Source: the human T2T-CHM13v2.0 reference genome, Homo sapiens. From it: 64,000 bases of DNA. The DNA lies in NCBI RefSeq assembly GCF_009914755.1, contig NC_060932.1. One strand, given 5' to 3'. The translations under genes and the position numbers were made by a program. Numbering within the stretch: position 1 is the stretch's first letter; each line of letters starts with the position of its first letter. The notes beneath the pieces were generated by a model. That model was given only the letters and a program-made list of their open reading frames with translations. It made no database searches and was not told where the DNA came from. Of the stretch, positions 32,904 to 49,432 are shown one piece after another.

Positions 32904-35599
32904 CCAAGAGGTTACATTCTGTAGGGCTCTATTTCTATTTCATGCTTGAAATGACACAATTATAGAAATGGAGAGGAGTGTTCCCCAAGAGTTAGTGGAG
33001 ATTAGTATTCCCCAAGAATAGATTAGTGTTCCCCAAGAGTGAGGGAGGTCTTGGAAATAGGGGTAGGAGGCGGAGGGGGTGTGGCTATCAAGGACAACAG
33101 GAGGGACCCATGTGGTGCCAGAAACGTCTGTGCCTTGCCGCATCGATGCTCATGTCCTGGTTGTGCCGTTGTACTTTTCAGCTTTACAAGATGTTACTAT
33201 TGAGGGAAACTGGGTGAAGGGCACACAGGACCTCTCTGTGTTATTCCTCACAACTACATGTGGATCTACAATGATCTCATAATTAAAAGTTGTATTTTTA
33301 AAAAGTATCCCAGACTTGGTCCCTAGGAGCCCGATCGAGTGGGGTTCTGTGTGCTTTTGAGATATTGCTGCCATCCTCTGAACTATTCCTTACTTTCCAA
33401 CCATACGAGTCTTGGTGAAAAGGTGGAGTGACCAGACCATTCCTGCTCTGCTGGTGAACATGGAAAATGCTACAACCACCTTTGAAAATAGTTTGGCAGT
33501 TTCTTAAAAAGTTAAATATATGCCTGCATATGGTGCAGCCATTCCACTTGTGGGTATTTAGCAAAAAGCAATGAAAGCCCACATCCTTAAAAAGACCTGT
33601 ATGCGAATGTTCGTAGCAGGCTTACTTGTAACGGACAGAAGCTGGAAAGACTCGAAACACCCACCAACATGCAAATGAGTAAACAAAGTGTGCTCCATCC
33701 AAGAATGGAAGACTGCCCAGCAATAGAAAGGAATTAACTGCTGATACACGCGGCCATGCAGATGAAGCTCAGAATAAGTAAGTCAGAGAAAAACACGTGT
33801 CTTAACTGAATGATTCCAGTTGGATAAAATTCCCGAAAATGCAAACTAGTCTACGGTTAAAGAAAGTGAGTCAGTGATTGCCTTGTGGGGTAGGGAGGGA
33901 AGGGAGGAGGAATTACAGAGGGGCAGGAGGAGGTTTTGAGAGTGGTGGATCCATTCCTTACCTCCATCAGTGTGCTGGTTCACCATGCAAGTGTCAACAA
34001 TTATCAGGCTGTACACTCTAAACTTTACAGTTTATTGTATGTCAATTATATCTCAATAAAGCTGCTAAAAACAAAAACAAGTCTGAGAAATATGCAGAGA
34101 AGAGTGTGATGATAACTTGACTTCCCAACATCCCAGGTCAGAGAACAACAATGCAAGAGGCCTGATGCTGTGCTCTGAGCTCCTCACGGAGAAAGAAGTC
34201 CTAGGGCTCTGGGCCCCGTGCTTTGGAGTCAGAGCCACCTGAGCTGGCTTCTGCTCTGCTCATCCCTTTGGTCCCAGGCACCACCAGGCTTGTGCCGGGA
34301 GTCGGTGGCGATGGCGGGAACAACATCCCGTGCCCCTGTCCAAGGTGCTGAGCAGACGACGCAGGCCCCTCTTGAGCCCCTGGACTTGGTGGCGACAGGC
34401 TTAGGACCCACAATGACTGCAATGGTCTAGGTGCTCACCCAGGACCCCCAGCGCCAGGCAGACCAGGACCAGGCAGGGCTCAGGCTGCGTCAGAACCTCC
34501 CCAGAGGCACAGCAAGTTTATGGAAGCAAGTGCTCATGTAGACAGGCGCTAACGTTTTGTTTCTCTGTCTCCGTGGGACCGTGAGCTCCTCAAGGCAGAC
34601 GGGGCCTGACGAGCACCTCCACTGCCTGAGGGGCCCCCTGGGGTGCCTGTGGGTCCTGTCCTGTCACCCTCTTTTGCTGACACACGTTAATCCTACAGTC
34701 CACTGTGTGAGGAGGTGATGACTCCGAATTGGGGTCTCTCTGACCATTTACAATCCCACTCGTCAGCAGAAAGTGTCTGCCGGGGTGAGCTGGGGCTCAG
34801 TCTGGAGAGTGGTTTGCCTGTGGACCAAGCACATGCTGGAGGCGTGAGGCAGAGAGGTCCCAAAGGGGTGAAAGGCATTTCTCTTAGTGGTGTCAGCTCT
34901 GCCCTCTTGAGGTCCTGCTGTGAACACTTGAAGCTCCCTCATGTCCATCAAGGAACTCTGGAACCCAAAGACCACCCAGCTAGTCCAGGATCTCAATGGC
35001 CTGGGGCTGGACCCAAGGTGGTGAAGGTGTTATTCCCCTGGTTAGGGAGACTTGCCAGCCCAGAGAGGTGTGTGTGTGCAGCGGAGTTCCAGGTTCCTGT
35101 TCTGGGCAACCAGACTTGGGTCTGGCCCCAAGGAGCCCCTTGGGCTCTGCTGCAGCAGACGCCAGGGAAGAGCTAGACCTCACAGTGCAGCAGCCGTGTC
35201 AGCACAGGCTCCACGATGTGGAGCCACACATCCCCCACTCCGCTGTCGAGGCCGCCTGCACCATCAGAGACTAGGATAGGCCACTCTGGGGGTACCTTGT
35301 GCACTTGACTGGCGGGAGAGACCTCTGCTGGGGCTGCACTTACTAAGCATGTAGCTAGGACACAAATATCTCCACATTTGGGCTCATTTAGAGACGTCTA
35401 CCCACTAGCTATTCCCTGAGACCTTCCAGCCCACAGGGTTCCCTCCCAGACCCTGGTTGTCCAGGCCAGCCCCTTTGGGTGCTGAATCAACATAGAGCTA
35501 CAGCTCTGTCCCTTTCTCCTTCCAGGCAAAACCATACCAGGTGAGTCCCACAGGTTCTGCTCATAAGGTGGACTTTCCCCTCTCCCCTCGTAATCACCT

Positions 35600-36257
35600 G
35601 ATCAAGGACAGTTTGATAGCTAGGGTTTTTCAAGGTTTTCTCCATATATTTCCAGGATAGTTTGGTGGGCAGGGGGACTAGGGGAATGGGTGCTGCTGAT
35701 TGGTTGGGGATGCAATGATAGTCTGCCTCTGGGTGAGGACCACAGGACCAGTTGAGCCAAGAGTTGACGGTCCCGGTGGGGCCATCCGGTTGTCAGAAAT
35801 GCAAAAGCCTGAAAAGACATCTCGAAAGGCCACCTTAGGTTCTACAATAGTGAAGTTATCTGCAGGAGGAATTGGGGAAGTTGCAAATCTTGTGGCCTCC
35901 AGAGCAATGGCTGGTAATCGTATAACTATGCCCACATCTTAGCAGAATTCAGGTCCCTCTCATCCTCCTAACCTGGCAGTCTTTCATTCGTTTTTCAAAG
36001 GTGATTTAGTCTGGGGAAAAGGTTAGTGCAAAAGTAATTGCATTACTTTTAATGGCAAAAAGCACAATGACATTTTCACCAACCCACCAACCTAATAATT
36101 TCAACTATAAACTAAATTTTTCCCAAAGTTAGCTTGGTCCAAGCCCAGGAATAACCAAGGGCAGTTTGGAGTTAAAGGCAAGATGAGATTGGTCAGGTCA
36201 GATCTCTTTCACCATCATAATTTTCTCACTGTTATCATTTTTGCAAAGACAGTTTCA
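35600..36257 (-). mobile_element. LTR8-family ERV1 LTR with a MADE1 mariner MITE insert (about 36021-36097)
   Basis: Reverse starts TGAAACTGTCTTTGCAAAAATGA; insert gtgcaaaagtaattgc...caccaacctaata. Confidence 0.75.
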
Positions 36258-36457
36258 CCCTCTGCATCATTTAGGGCCACCCTTCAAAGGGGGAAGGGTG
36301 TGGCCATGTACTTTTGGGTAATGCCAGTATTTCATTAAAAAACATCCAGAAATGAGGCCGAAATATTTTCTTCTCTATAGGGCTGGTCAGAGGGAACAAC
36401 CTGTGAGGACATCAGTGTGGGGAGAGAGACCAAGGAGTGCAACAGGGGTCAGCCGTA

Positions 36458-36643
36458 TCAGCCGTGTGTGAGTCTGAGCCACATACCTCACCCCTCCTGG
36501 CTAGTGGGGTGCAACCATGTCAGCCGTGCGTGAGCCTGAGCCACATGCCTCACCCCTACTGGCTAGCAGGGCGCAGCTGTGTCAGCCGTGCACAAGCCTG
36601 AGCCACATGCCTCACCCCTCCTGGCTAGCAGGGCGCAGCCATG
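36458..36643. repeat. 62-bp tandem repeat, 3 diverged copies
   Basis: tcagccgtg..tgagcc.catgcctcacccct.ctggctag at 36458, 36520 and 36582. Confidence 0.85.
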
Positions 36644-37419
36644 TACATCTGGGGCATGAGTGCTGGGTGACACTCACTCATGGCAGGAGGCCCAGGTCCC
36701 TTGACAACCTGTACTTTATGGTATAGGTTGTCTGTTCTAAGCATGTGTTCTGAAATGGAACATTCATAGTGTTCACTGGCTTACTAGTTTCACCTCTAGG
36801 AAGTAGTGAACCTTCACTTGAGCCCAGTCGAAAGCCAGACTTTTTTTTTCTTGAAAGGAGAACAGTTATCTGCTGAAGACTATTCTGCCTCCAAAATCCA
36901 GAACGCCCTGCCTGGCACTGTGCCCCTCTCTTAGTGATGGGAGGTACCAGGACAGCAATTCTCTTTCCCTTGGGGGGAAATCGGGAGATGCTCCCAGGCG
37001 CTGGACCCCGGAGATCCCACCGAGATGGAAGACGCCTGGATTTTGTGTGCCTTATTTTCCAAGCTTCTGGCAAACATTTCTGTTCTAAGCATGGATTCTG
37101 AAATGGAATATTTGCCACATGGTGGTTCCTGGGCTTGCTATTAATAGTTCCACTATAAGCTGGAGCTGATCTCAAACATTCTTTGCCATCTGACCGGCTT
37201 ACCCTCACCCCCACTCCCCGGAATGAAGGAACAGTGTCATATTAAGTCTCCAGGAATTATCGGTGTCCAGTCATCCTGAAAATCCTGAAAAATATGGTCA
37301 TTTCTCCTCCTCCAACACACAGTCATCCTGGCAAGAAGACGGCTAGGAAGATTTACACCCTGAATCCGTGCATGCAACAGTGTTCTCCTTCAGTGGAACC
37401 CTGCCTATGCTTGACTTAG

Positions 37420-38272
<853 letters not shown>

Positions 38273-38334
38273 TGACACACAAAAAACGTTTTTTCCTTTG
38301 TCATTTTTTTTTTTGTGGTAAAATGCACATAACA

Positions 38335-39356
38335 CAGAAAACCAAACGCCAAATCTCTCTCATAAGTGGGAGTTGAACAGTGAGAACACAAGGACACAGG
38401 GAGGGGAACAACCCACACCAGGGCCTGTTGGGGGGTGGGGAGCAACAGGAGGGAACTTAGAGGATGGGTCAATAGGTGCAGCAAACCACCATGGCACATG
38501 TATACCTATGTAACCAACCAGCGAACCACCATGGCACACATGTACCTATGTAACCAACCAGCGAACCACCATGGCACACACGTACCTAAGTAACCAACCA
38601 GCGAACCACCATGGCACACGCGTACCTATGTAACCAACCAGCAAACCACCATGGCACACGCGTACCTATGTAACAAACCAGCAAACCACCACGGCACGCA
38701 TGTACCTAGGTAACCAACCAGCAAACCACCATGGCACGCATGTACCTATGTAACCAACCAGCAAACGACCATGGCACATGTGTACCTATGTAACAAACCA
38801 GTAAACTACCATGGCACGCATGTACCTATGTAACCAACCAGTAAACCACCATGGCACACATATACCTATGTAACCAACCAGCAAACCACCATGGCACACG
38901 TGTACCTATGTAACCAACCAGCAAACCACCATGGCACACGCATACCTATGTAACCAACCAGCAAACCACCATGGCATATGTATACCTACGTAACAAACCA
39001 GCAAACCACCCGGCACACATGTACCTATGTAACCAACCAGCAAACCACCATGGCACATGTATACCTACGTAACAAACCAGCAAACCACCCGGCACACGTA
39101 TACCTATGTAACCAACCAGCAAACCACCATGGCACACGTATACCTATGTAACCAACCAGCAAACCACCATGGCACATGTATACCTACGTAACAAACCAGC
39201 AAACCACCCGGCACACATGTACCTATGTAACAAACCAGCAAACCGCCATGGCACACGCGTTCCTATGTAACCAACAGCAAACCACCATGGCATGTGTGTA
39301 CCTATGTAGCAAACCTGCACATTCTGCACTTGTATCCCTGAACTTAAAGTAAAATT
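38335..39356 (+). mobile_element. L1PA 3' end inserted into an antisense L1M fragment
   Basis: ctcataagtgggagttgaacagtgagaacaca...gtatccctgaacttaaagtaaaat. Confidence 0.85.
38481..39315. repeat. 40-bp minisatellite, about 21 copies, expanded from the L1PA 3' UTR
   Basis: Unit gcaaaccaccatggcacatgtatacctatgtaaccaacca. Confidence 0.95.
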
Positions 39357-39624
39357 ATTTTTAAAAATTTACCATTTTTATCATTTTAAAGTGTACAATT
39401 CAGTGGCATTAAGTACACTTATAATGTGTGACCATGACCACCATCTTGTTCCAGAACCTTCTCATCACTCCAGATGGAAACCCCATGCCCCACTAAGCAG
39501 TCACTCCCCATTTTTTCCTCCCCCAGCCCCTAAGCAACCACTTTCTGTCTCTTGGACTTGTCTGTTCTGGACATTTCATATGAATGGAACCATACAGCAT
39601 GCGGCCTTTGGTGCCAGGCTTCCG

Positions 39625-39780
39625 AGGTGCATCCACGCGTGTCACATATCAGATGCATCCACACGTGTCATGTATCAGGTGCATCTATCTGCACGTGTCA
39701 CATATCAGGTGCATCTGCACGTGTCAGGTCCATCCACGCGTGTCACGTATCAGGTGCATCTGCACGTGTCATGTATCAAA
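39625..39780. repeat. Degenerate ~26-bp tandem repeat
   Basis: caggtgcatc(c/t)..acgtgtca.(a/g)tat, about 5-6 copies. Confidence 0.7.
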
Positions 39781-40089
39781 TGCTGTAAGTCCTAGTCATG
39801 AGGAAAATGAAAACCAAAACCACAATGAGATAGATACCTCTTCACACCCACTAGGATGGTCATCGTCAAAACTACAGAAAATAACAAGTGCTGGTGAGAA
39901 GATGAGGAGATTGGAACTCTCAGACCCTGCTGGTGGGAATATAAAATGCCGCAGCCACTGGAAACAGTTTCTTATAAAAGTAAACGTGCAAGTCCTGTGC
40001 AACACAGCAAGGGCACTCCTAGGTATATACCCAACGGGACTGAAAACAGGCATTCAAACAAAAACTTGTCCATGAATGTTCATAGCAGC

Positions 40090-40470
40090 TGATATGGTTT
40101 GGATGTTTTTTCCTCTAAATATCATGTGGAAATGATCCCCAGTGTTGGAGGGGGTGGGAAGTGACTGGATCATGGGGGTGGACCCTTCACGGATGCCTTG
40201 CTGCCACCCCTTGCTAATGAGTGCTTTCTCACAGTGAGCTCCCGGGAGATGTGGCTGTTTAAAAGTGTGCGGCGTCTCCCCCCACTATGTTCCTCCTGCT
40301 CCCATCATGGGACGCGCCATCTCTCACTTCCACCATCAATAAAAGCTCTCCGAGGCCTCCTGAGAAGCCTCCGCAAGCCAATGCCAGTGCCATGCTTACT
40401 GTCCAGCCTGCAGAACTGCGAGACAAACACAAATACCAGTCTCAGGTATTTCTTTACAGAGCCTAATATA
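40090..40470 (+). mobile_element. MST-type MaLR LTR within L1MB-like sequence
   Basis: tgatatggtttggatg...cagtctcaggtatttctttac. Confidence 0.75.
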
Positions 40471-40654
40471 TGCAGCAATATTCACAAGTACCAAATGGTA
40501 GAAGCAACCCAAATATCCCTCAACAAATGACGGATAAACAGAATGTTTAAGTGTATACAGAAGAACACTATTCAGCCACTGTCTCACAGTGAACAAGTCC
40601 AAACACATCTACCTCAAAGTCCAAGGAAGCTGACAGGCCAAAGAAAGAGGCTGA

Positions 40655-40967
<313 letters not shown>

Positions 40968-41886
40968 CACAAATTCAGTTCTTAAAAAGAAACATTTAAT
41001 AGGGACTTAGAAACAGAAGCCATGTCAGTCTCAGGCTACGGTGAGTCAAGATGGCGGCTCCCTGCGCCGTCACCACCCAGGCCCAGGGCTTCTATTGCCA
41101 TAGTGCAGGGGACATGCCTCAGAGGGGGTGGGCAGGAATTTCCCTAAGGCCAGGACTTGTGATAAGGATGTGCTCTTACACAAGGAACAACAGATGAACG
41201 GGAACTCTCAGAGGCATTCCCGGAACTGAGGTTAATCAGAAGCCAACACGACAAACTAGCGTCCAAGATGGAGCGGCTTCGGCCTCCATGATCCGCCCGC
41301 GCCGCCCCACTAATCCAGCTCTGACCGTCTCACCTGCCCTCCTCTTCCGCGATGGTCCCTGAGCCTTAGGGAGGGTGCTTGGGGTTGTCTGGCTTCAGCA
41401 GCGGTGCCTTGGCGTCGGAAAACAGGTCGGGCCCGGTGAGAGTCCCAGTGAGGGAGGGTCACCGGCTGTTGAATCATCTCTAGTCTTCAGGATACCACGA
41501 CTTCTGTTTTCTCAGAGAAAATAAAACAACAAGAGATACATAACATTAATAATTTGCACACAAGGATGACAATCAAAAGGGAATTTGTATTTCAGAACAG
41601 TAACAAAAAAGAACCTATTTCATTAAGAAGCCGACTAAAAGCATCGTGAAGGAAACTAAAACCCGGTTTTTCTTTAGAGACTTGTAGCCAGTGAATGATT
41701 CAGGATTAGCCCAAATTGTAAGCAAATAATAACTCAAAAACAACGGTCAGAGCTAGGATCTAAATTTTTCTCTCTCTAGTTTCCCCATTTCTACCAAGGA
41801 TAAATCATAGTAGGACCAGTTTATTTGCAAAATAAATTTCGGTCTCATTATACTTGGCCTATTTGCATGAAGCGTGGCAAGAATAG

Positions 41887-42123
<237 letters not shown>

Positions 42124-42221
42124 CGGCTCTTTTTAAGTTGGCTTTGCTGGAACTTTTTTAGGGAATTTTGGACTCAACTTATTAAAAGCCTCAAGGGTAG
42201 GAAGCCAAGCGAAGGATTCAC

Positions 42222-42790
42222 TGAATGAAATTGAAGTATTTTACCGCAAATTGTGTTTCTTTGCCATGTCTTGAAATAGCCTTGCAAAGCTTTCTCTTGT
42301 GGGGAAAAGCTGCATTCTGAAGAGAATCCTTTTCCTTTTTCAGGACTTTTCCCTGATTCAAGAGAGAATCAACTCTGGTAAGAAACATTTACAATCTGTT
42401 CTCTCTGAAGCTACCTGGAGGCTTTCTCTGTGTAATAGGAACTTGGTCACCACAATCCCTCATTAACCCAGACATTCCTTCTTTTGATTCCAGGTCTTTA
42501 GATAGTAACTCCTTCAACCAATTGCCAATCAGTAAATCTTTGAATCTACCTATGACCTGGAAGTCCCTGTTTCAAGTTGTCCCACCTTTCCTGATCGAAC
42601 AAATGTATGTCTTCCCTGTATTGATTGGTGTCTCATGGCTCCCTAAAATTTATAAAACCAAGTTGTGGCCCAAACACCTTGGGCACTTGTTCTCACGGTC
42701 TCCTGAGGCCGTGTCATGGGCCACAGTCTCTCATATTTGGCTCAGAATAAATCTCTTCCAATATTTTACAGTTTGACTCTTTTCGTTGAT
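42222..42790 (+). mobile_element. MER4-family LTR nested in the ERV
   Basis: gaatctacctatgacctggaag...catatttggctcagaataaatctcttccaatattttacag. Confidence 0.8.
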
Positions 42791-42820
42791 TTTTTCATGC
42801 CTTTACTTTTGCAGTAGTAG

Positions 42821-43154
<334 letters not shown>

Positions 43155-43721
43155 TCAATATCCATTTTCATAAAGCATTTAGGTAAAGGATATGTAATGC
43201 CTTACATAAAGCCTGTTTAAACATCTCGGCTTTCATAACTCTATCACACAAGTCGACTTTCATAACTCGACGTCTTTCTGTTCTGCTCCCAGGAACTTCT
43301 TTTTCCCACCTCCAGACCATTTTACCCTCTCTTGTGAAAAAGGATGTGGGTGCCCCACAGGGGCTTGATCCAAGGGACCCTGGCCCTTTTGTCAATCTTA
43401 TCTTGATTAACCCACCTCAACATTGGCCCCCGCAATTGTTGGTCAGTTTGCTCAGTGTAACTTTTGCCTTCCAATTTTTATAGTTAGAGTGCCTTCTCCA
43501 ATCTGGCAAAAACTGTTTTGGAGCTCTTTACTGTTGAGGGACCAGCGGGGGCTCCCTTTGTTCACCCAACTTTCGATAGTGTTGTATTAAGACCTTTGTG
43601 AATAACCCCCCATTATTCATTCCATTGCTTAACAACCATGTACAGATTCCACCCCGCTAGGATGCACCCCATGACTCTCTCCTTTCCTTTTTCCTCTTGG
43701 TTTCACCCCATCCACTTTTTA

Positions 43722-43987
43722 CCTTTTTTTTGAGATGGAGTCTTACTCTGCCACCCAGGCTGGAGTGCAGTGGCAGTCTTGACTCACTGCAATTCTCCTC
43801 CCTCAGTCTCCTGAGTAGCTGGGATTACAGGTGCGCGCCACCACACCTGGCTAATTTTTGTATTTTTAGTAGAGATGAGGTTTCGCCATGTTGGCCAGGC
43901 CAGTCTCGAACTCCTGATCTCAGGTGGTCTGCCCACCTCTGCCCCTCAAAGTGCTGAGATTACAGGCGTGAGCCACCAGGCCTGGCC
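43722..43987 (-). mobile_element. AluS with an internal deletion
   Basis: Reverse dimer. Confidence 0.9.
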
Positions 43988-44472
43988 CATTTTTTACCTA
44001 TTTAAAACTAATCGTTTAAAAATTTTCCCCTTCCTAGGATGAGTCCTTGGACTCCCTTTTGCCTTTCCCAATAATTTTATTAATTAGCCTAAAGTTTTTA
44101 TAAGCATCTGGATGACCCATGAGGGGAAGTTGAGACCCAATGAGGTGCCCAGGCCAATGGGCCCCCTTAACCACAGCATTTACCATGATCTGGGCATACT
44201 CAGCCGTGAATATCCCGGTCATCATAAAGTCAGTCCCACATGGCTTGCTTACGAAGCACATCAGCTGCTTCATCGGGGGTGCTCCACTTGGCGTTTATGG
44301 GGAAAGTTGGGTGGTCCCCTTCTCTTACAGTGCCTTTTATCCAGCCCACCAGGCTGGCCGTTCCCTCAGGAATAATCTGTGCGTCTGGATCACACACACT
44401 CATCTGCCATTGTTCAGCAGTGAGCTGTGGGTCTCACATCAGCCCACACGTGCTCTTCCATTCTGCTGCACT

Positions 44473-45054
44473 TGTGACCAGCAGAAGGGTGAGGCTGCTC
44501 ACCACTTGTAGAAAGAAGCCAAAATAATAATGAGGTGTGATAGAAAGAGAGTGAGACTTTATTATCCGTACCAGCAAAGGGATGAGCACAAAGCAATTCC
44601 ACTCTTCCATTTGTGGAGGGAACGCAGGGGATTTTAAAGAGAGGGTTTGGAATGCAGAAGAGGCAGGTGATGAGGAGGTGTCGGGTGGCAGGAACCAGTC
44701 CCATGGCTCATCTCGAATTATTGTTCCATCTGGTGAAGGGGCCAGGGCCATCGTGGCTGGAAGTGTCTGGTCCATAGCAGGATCCGGCCCCTGAAACTTC
44801 TAAGGAAATACATCACCAGAGAAGTGAGCATGGTGTGAGCTTAACAAGCATCCAGGTAAATAAGTGTGTGTAAGGTGTGACAGCATGGAATAGAAAAAGA
44901 AGGGGAGGGGAGGCCACAGCACATTCCCAGGCTATGTTTCAAGATGAAAGGAAACCCGTATGCAGCTTGACTCAAAGTTATATCTTGAGATTGGGAAGAA
45001 AGGAGAAAAAACAAAGTTTTAAAACATGGTTTGAAGCCAAGCTGCTCAGTTACA
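44473..45054 (-). mobile_element. ERV1-class solo LTR nested in the ERV
   Basis: Reverse starts TGTAACTGAGCAGCTTGGCTTCAAA and ends ...TCACA; near-TSD cact/catt. Confidence 0.6.
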
Positions 45055-45745
45055 CATTTAAAACCAAAAACACTGTTCCCAAATTAGTCATTCTCATAAT
45101 TTATTTTGGTAGAAGTTCCTCAGGAAGCGAATCTACAAAACGAAGCAATTGCCCCACATCACGTCCTCTGGCTTCAGTGCTACTTGATTTTGCCCTTACT
45201 ACCATCTTGGTAACCACAGGTCTCAGGGTGCTTTCTTTCATCCCTGGCATCATTTCCCCTTTGTGGGTAGTTTTGAGGCTAATGGCCTGAGCTCAGACAG
45301 ACCCACAACTGAGCATGGTCCAGGCCCAACCCAGCACTCTCTTACACTTTCATTTTAGCTACTGCAGATAGCAGTAACCAAGGGATTGAATGTTTTGCTT
45401 TTTGCTTATTAGTCTGCATCTTCTTATGCATCCACTGAACCAACTCCCCAAGGGTTTGTGCCATCTCTAATTCTACCAGTAGCTTTCCCCTTTAGCAGCT
45501 GAGGATGGCACAGCTGCAGCTCCAGACCAGGGATGACGTGTGGCCGCTAAGGAATCAAGGGCTTCTTGTTGCCCAGCCCTTTATTCTTCCTCTTTCTATC
45601 CATTTACTCTCATCCATGTCATCTTTCCTTGATTCCAAAACAACCTGTAAATAGCTTCCAAACTAGACAAGAGTACTTTTCCTTTAAGCAGAAACCATAT
45701 CTTTATGATTTTTATAACCTTTGCTAAAAACACATCTTACATTAT

Positions 45746-46062
<317 letters not shown>

Positions 46063-46456
46063 TTACTTTTCATACACTCTGTATGTAGAATAGTTTTGCC
46101 TATATCTAGCAGTTTTAATTACATATATAAACTATTACTGTAACTTAGTAACCCCTTATTTCTAGAAAATCCTAGTCTTAATTTAGCATGACTTTTAGAT
46201 TTTATAAAGAGAATTTTGAAACTAGTTTTACTTACCAAAGATTACCAAAGTCACATGAACTAAAAGGCATTTGAGCTAGCTTCTATTATCCTGATAAGAT
46301 ATTTAAGTGTTTAAATTTCCTTTAAGCCCATTAGAGTTCTTTCATACAATCTGGTAGTGACCGGTCACATACGCATGACCCATGTAAACATATATGAGAT
46401 AGAATAGGAGCGGGACGTGGCTCCTCCTTCACGATCTCACCATGCCTTCTACCTAA

Positions 46457-46950
46457 CCCTGTTCCCATTGAGAAAAAAGAAGGTGCCAGCGCTCATTTAA
46501 TTTTACATAAACACGCTCTTTGAGGGTGAAGCAAATCTGACTGCTTTTCAATGTGAAAATAAAATATAAAAACTGTTGTTGGAGTTATTTCTAAACAGAA
46601 CATCAGAGTCATCTGAAGCATCAGAATCATCTATTTCTGAAAAATCAGATTCATCAAATGATCTTCAGCCAACAACTGTTCGAAAACGGTGCTCATGTCA
46701 CAGAAACGCTACATTTTCTAAGATTTGACATTTTCAGTGGTTGCTAATTACTATATGTTGTAACTGGAAATGCCACTACTGCAAACAGAATGTATAAATA
46801 GAATAATGTCTTTTGTTGCCAAAGTCAATCTACTAGAGCAATGCAAAAATAGTTATAAAAGTGAGATATTTCGTGGCAAAGTTTTCTCGAAGTAAATGCT
46901 GCAGCCACAAGTGCCACCGGCAAGTATTCTTGGGGCAAACAGGAAATGGG
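46457..46950 (-). mobile_element. MER75 piggyBac-family non-autonomous element
   Basis: (C)TAA|CCCT...ATGGG|TTAA termini; reverse starts cccatttcctgtttgccccaagaatacttgccgg. Confidence 0.85.
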
Positions 46951-47114
46951 TTAAAGAAGTTCAGGATCCGGCCTTAGGAAATCCAAATATCACACCGAGG
47001 TTGCGGTCTGATCTCATTTATTCAGCCTGAATAGATTTCTTTAGCATTTCTCATAGCGCGTATGTGCTGATAATAAATTCTTGTGGTTTTATTTTATTTA
47101 AAAATGTATTTACT

Positions 47115-47413
<299 letters not shown>

Positions 47414-47442
47414 AATAGTATTTACTTCACCTTCCTTCTTGA

Positions 47443-47851
<409 letters not shown>

Positions 47852-48543
47852 TGGCCCCCATCATTTCTGATGAGAAGTCAGCTCATGTTGGGGTTGATGT
47901 TCTAATACTTCGTGGGAATGTGTGTTTTCCTCCAACTGCTTTCAAAATGTGTCTTTGGCCGCCAGCAGTTTGACTATGGTGTGCCTAAATGTAGTGTTCT
48001 TTGTATTTATACTCTATGGGGTTTGTTGAGTTTCTTAAATCTGTAATTTTATGCCTTTCATGAAATACGGAGGTTTTTTGGCAATTGTTTCTTTAGATAA
48101 TTTTTTTCTGCGCAATTTTTTCTCTCCTCTTCAGGAGCTCCTATTACATTTATCTTAGGCCTTTTAATATTGTGCCACGACACTCTGACGCTCTGTACAT
48201 ATTTTCCTTTTCCTCTGTATTCTTCAAATTGGTTAATTTCTATTAATTTACCTTCAAGCTCCTCTTTCTTCTGTCACCCTCAATCTTCTTTTAAGTCCAA
48301 CTGGCAAATTTTTACCTCAAATATTTTAACTTTTTGGTCTAGAATTTCCACTTGATTCTTCTTATAGTTTCTATTTCTCTGTTGAGATTTTCTATCTTTT
48401 CATTCATTAAAAGCTTATTTTCCTTTACATCCTTGAACATAGATATAATTTCTGCTTAAAGCCTCGATGTGATCATTACAATATCTGAGTTATCTCAGAG
48501 ATTGTCTCCATTCATTATCTTTTCTCTCATGTATGGGTCATAG

Positions 48544-48955
<412 letters not shown>

Positions 48956-48965
48956 TGAAGGACAT

Positions 48966-49267
48966 TCTTTTTTTTTTTTTTTTTTTGAGACAGAGTTTTG
49001 CTCTTATTGCCCAGGCTGGAGTGCAGTGGAGCCATCTCAGCTCACTGCAACCTCCGCCTCCTGGCTTCAATCGATTCTCCTGCCTCAGCCTCCTGAGTAG
49101 CTGAGATTACAGGCATGTGCCACCACGCCCGGCTAATTTTTGGTATTTTTAGTAGAGACGGGGTTTCTCCATGTTGATCAGGCTGTCATCGAACTCTCAA
49201 CCTCAGATCCGCCTGCCTCAGCCTCCCAAAGTGCTGGGATTACAGGGGTGAGCCACCACGCCCGGCT
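48966..49267 (-). mobile_element. AluS
   Basis: Reverse dimer. Confidence 0.93.
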
Positions 49268-49432
49268 GGGCATTCCTTTTTTAATCAGGCTTTTCAACTT
49301 GGCTGAACTCAGCCTGTACACTCTGTCATCCAAGCGTGGATGGTAGCTGAAATTTCAGCTCAGTTCTACTTGGTTCAGTTCACCCTTAGCTGGGCTACTT
49401 GGAGTCCACCCTTGCTGAATACTGTGCAGAGA

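Noticed and set aside
35100-35270. Minus-strand segment with MCGST and VCCSRA peptides as an LY6 exon
   Set aside because: The motifs lie in different frames with stops; there is no LCN motif or consistent exon geometry.
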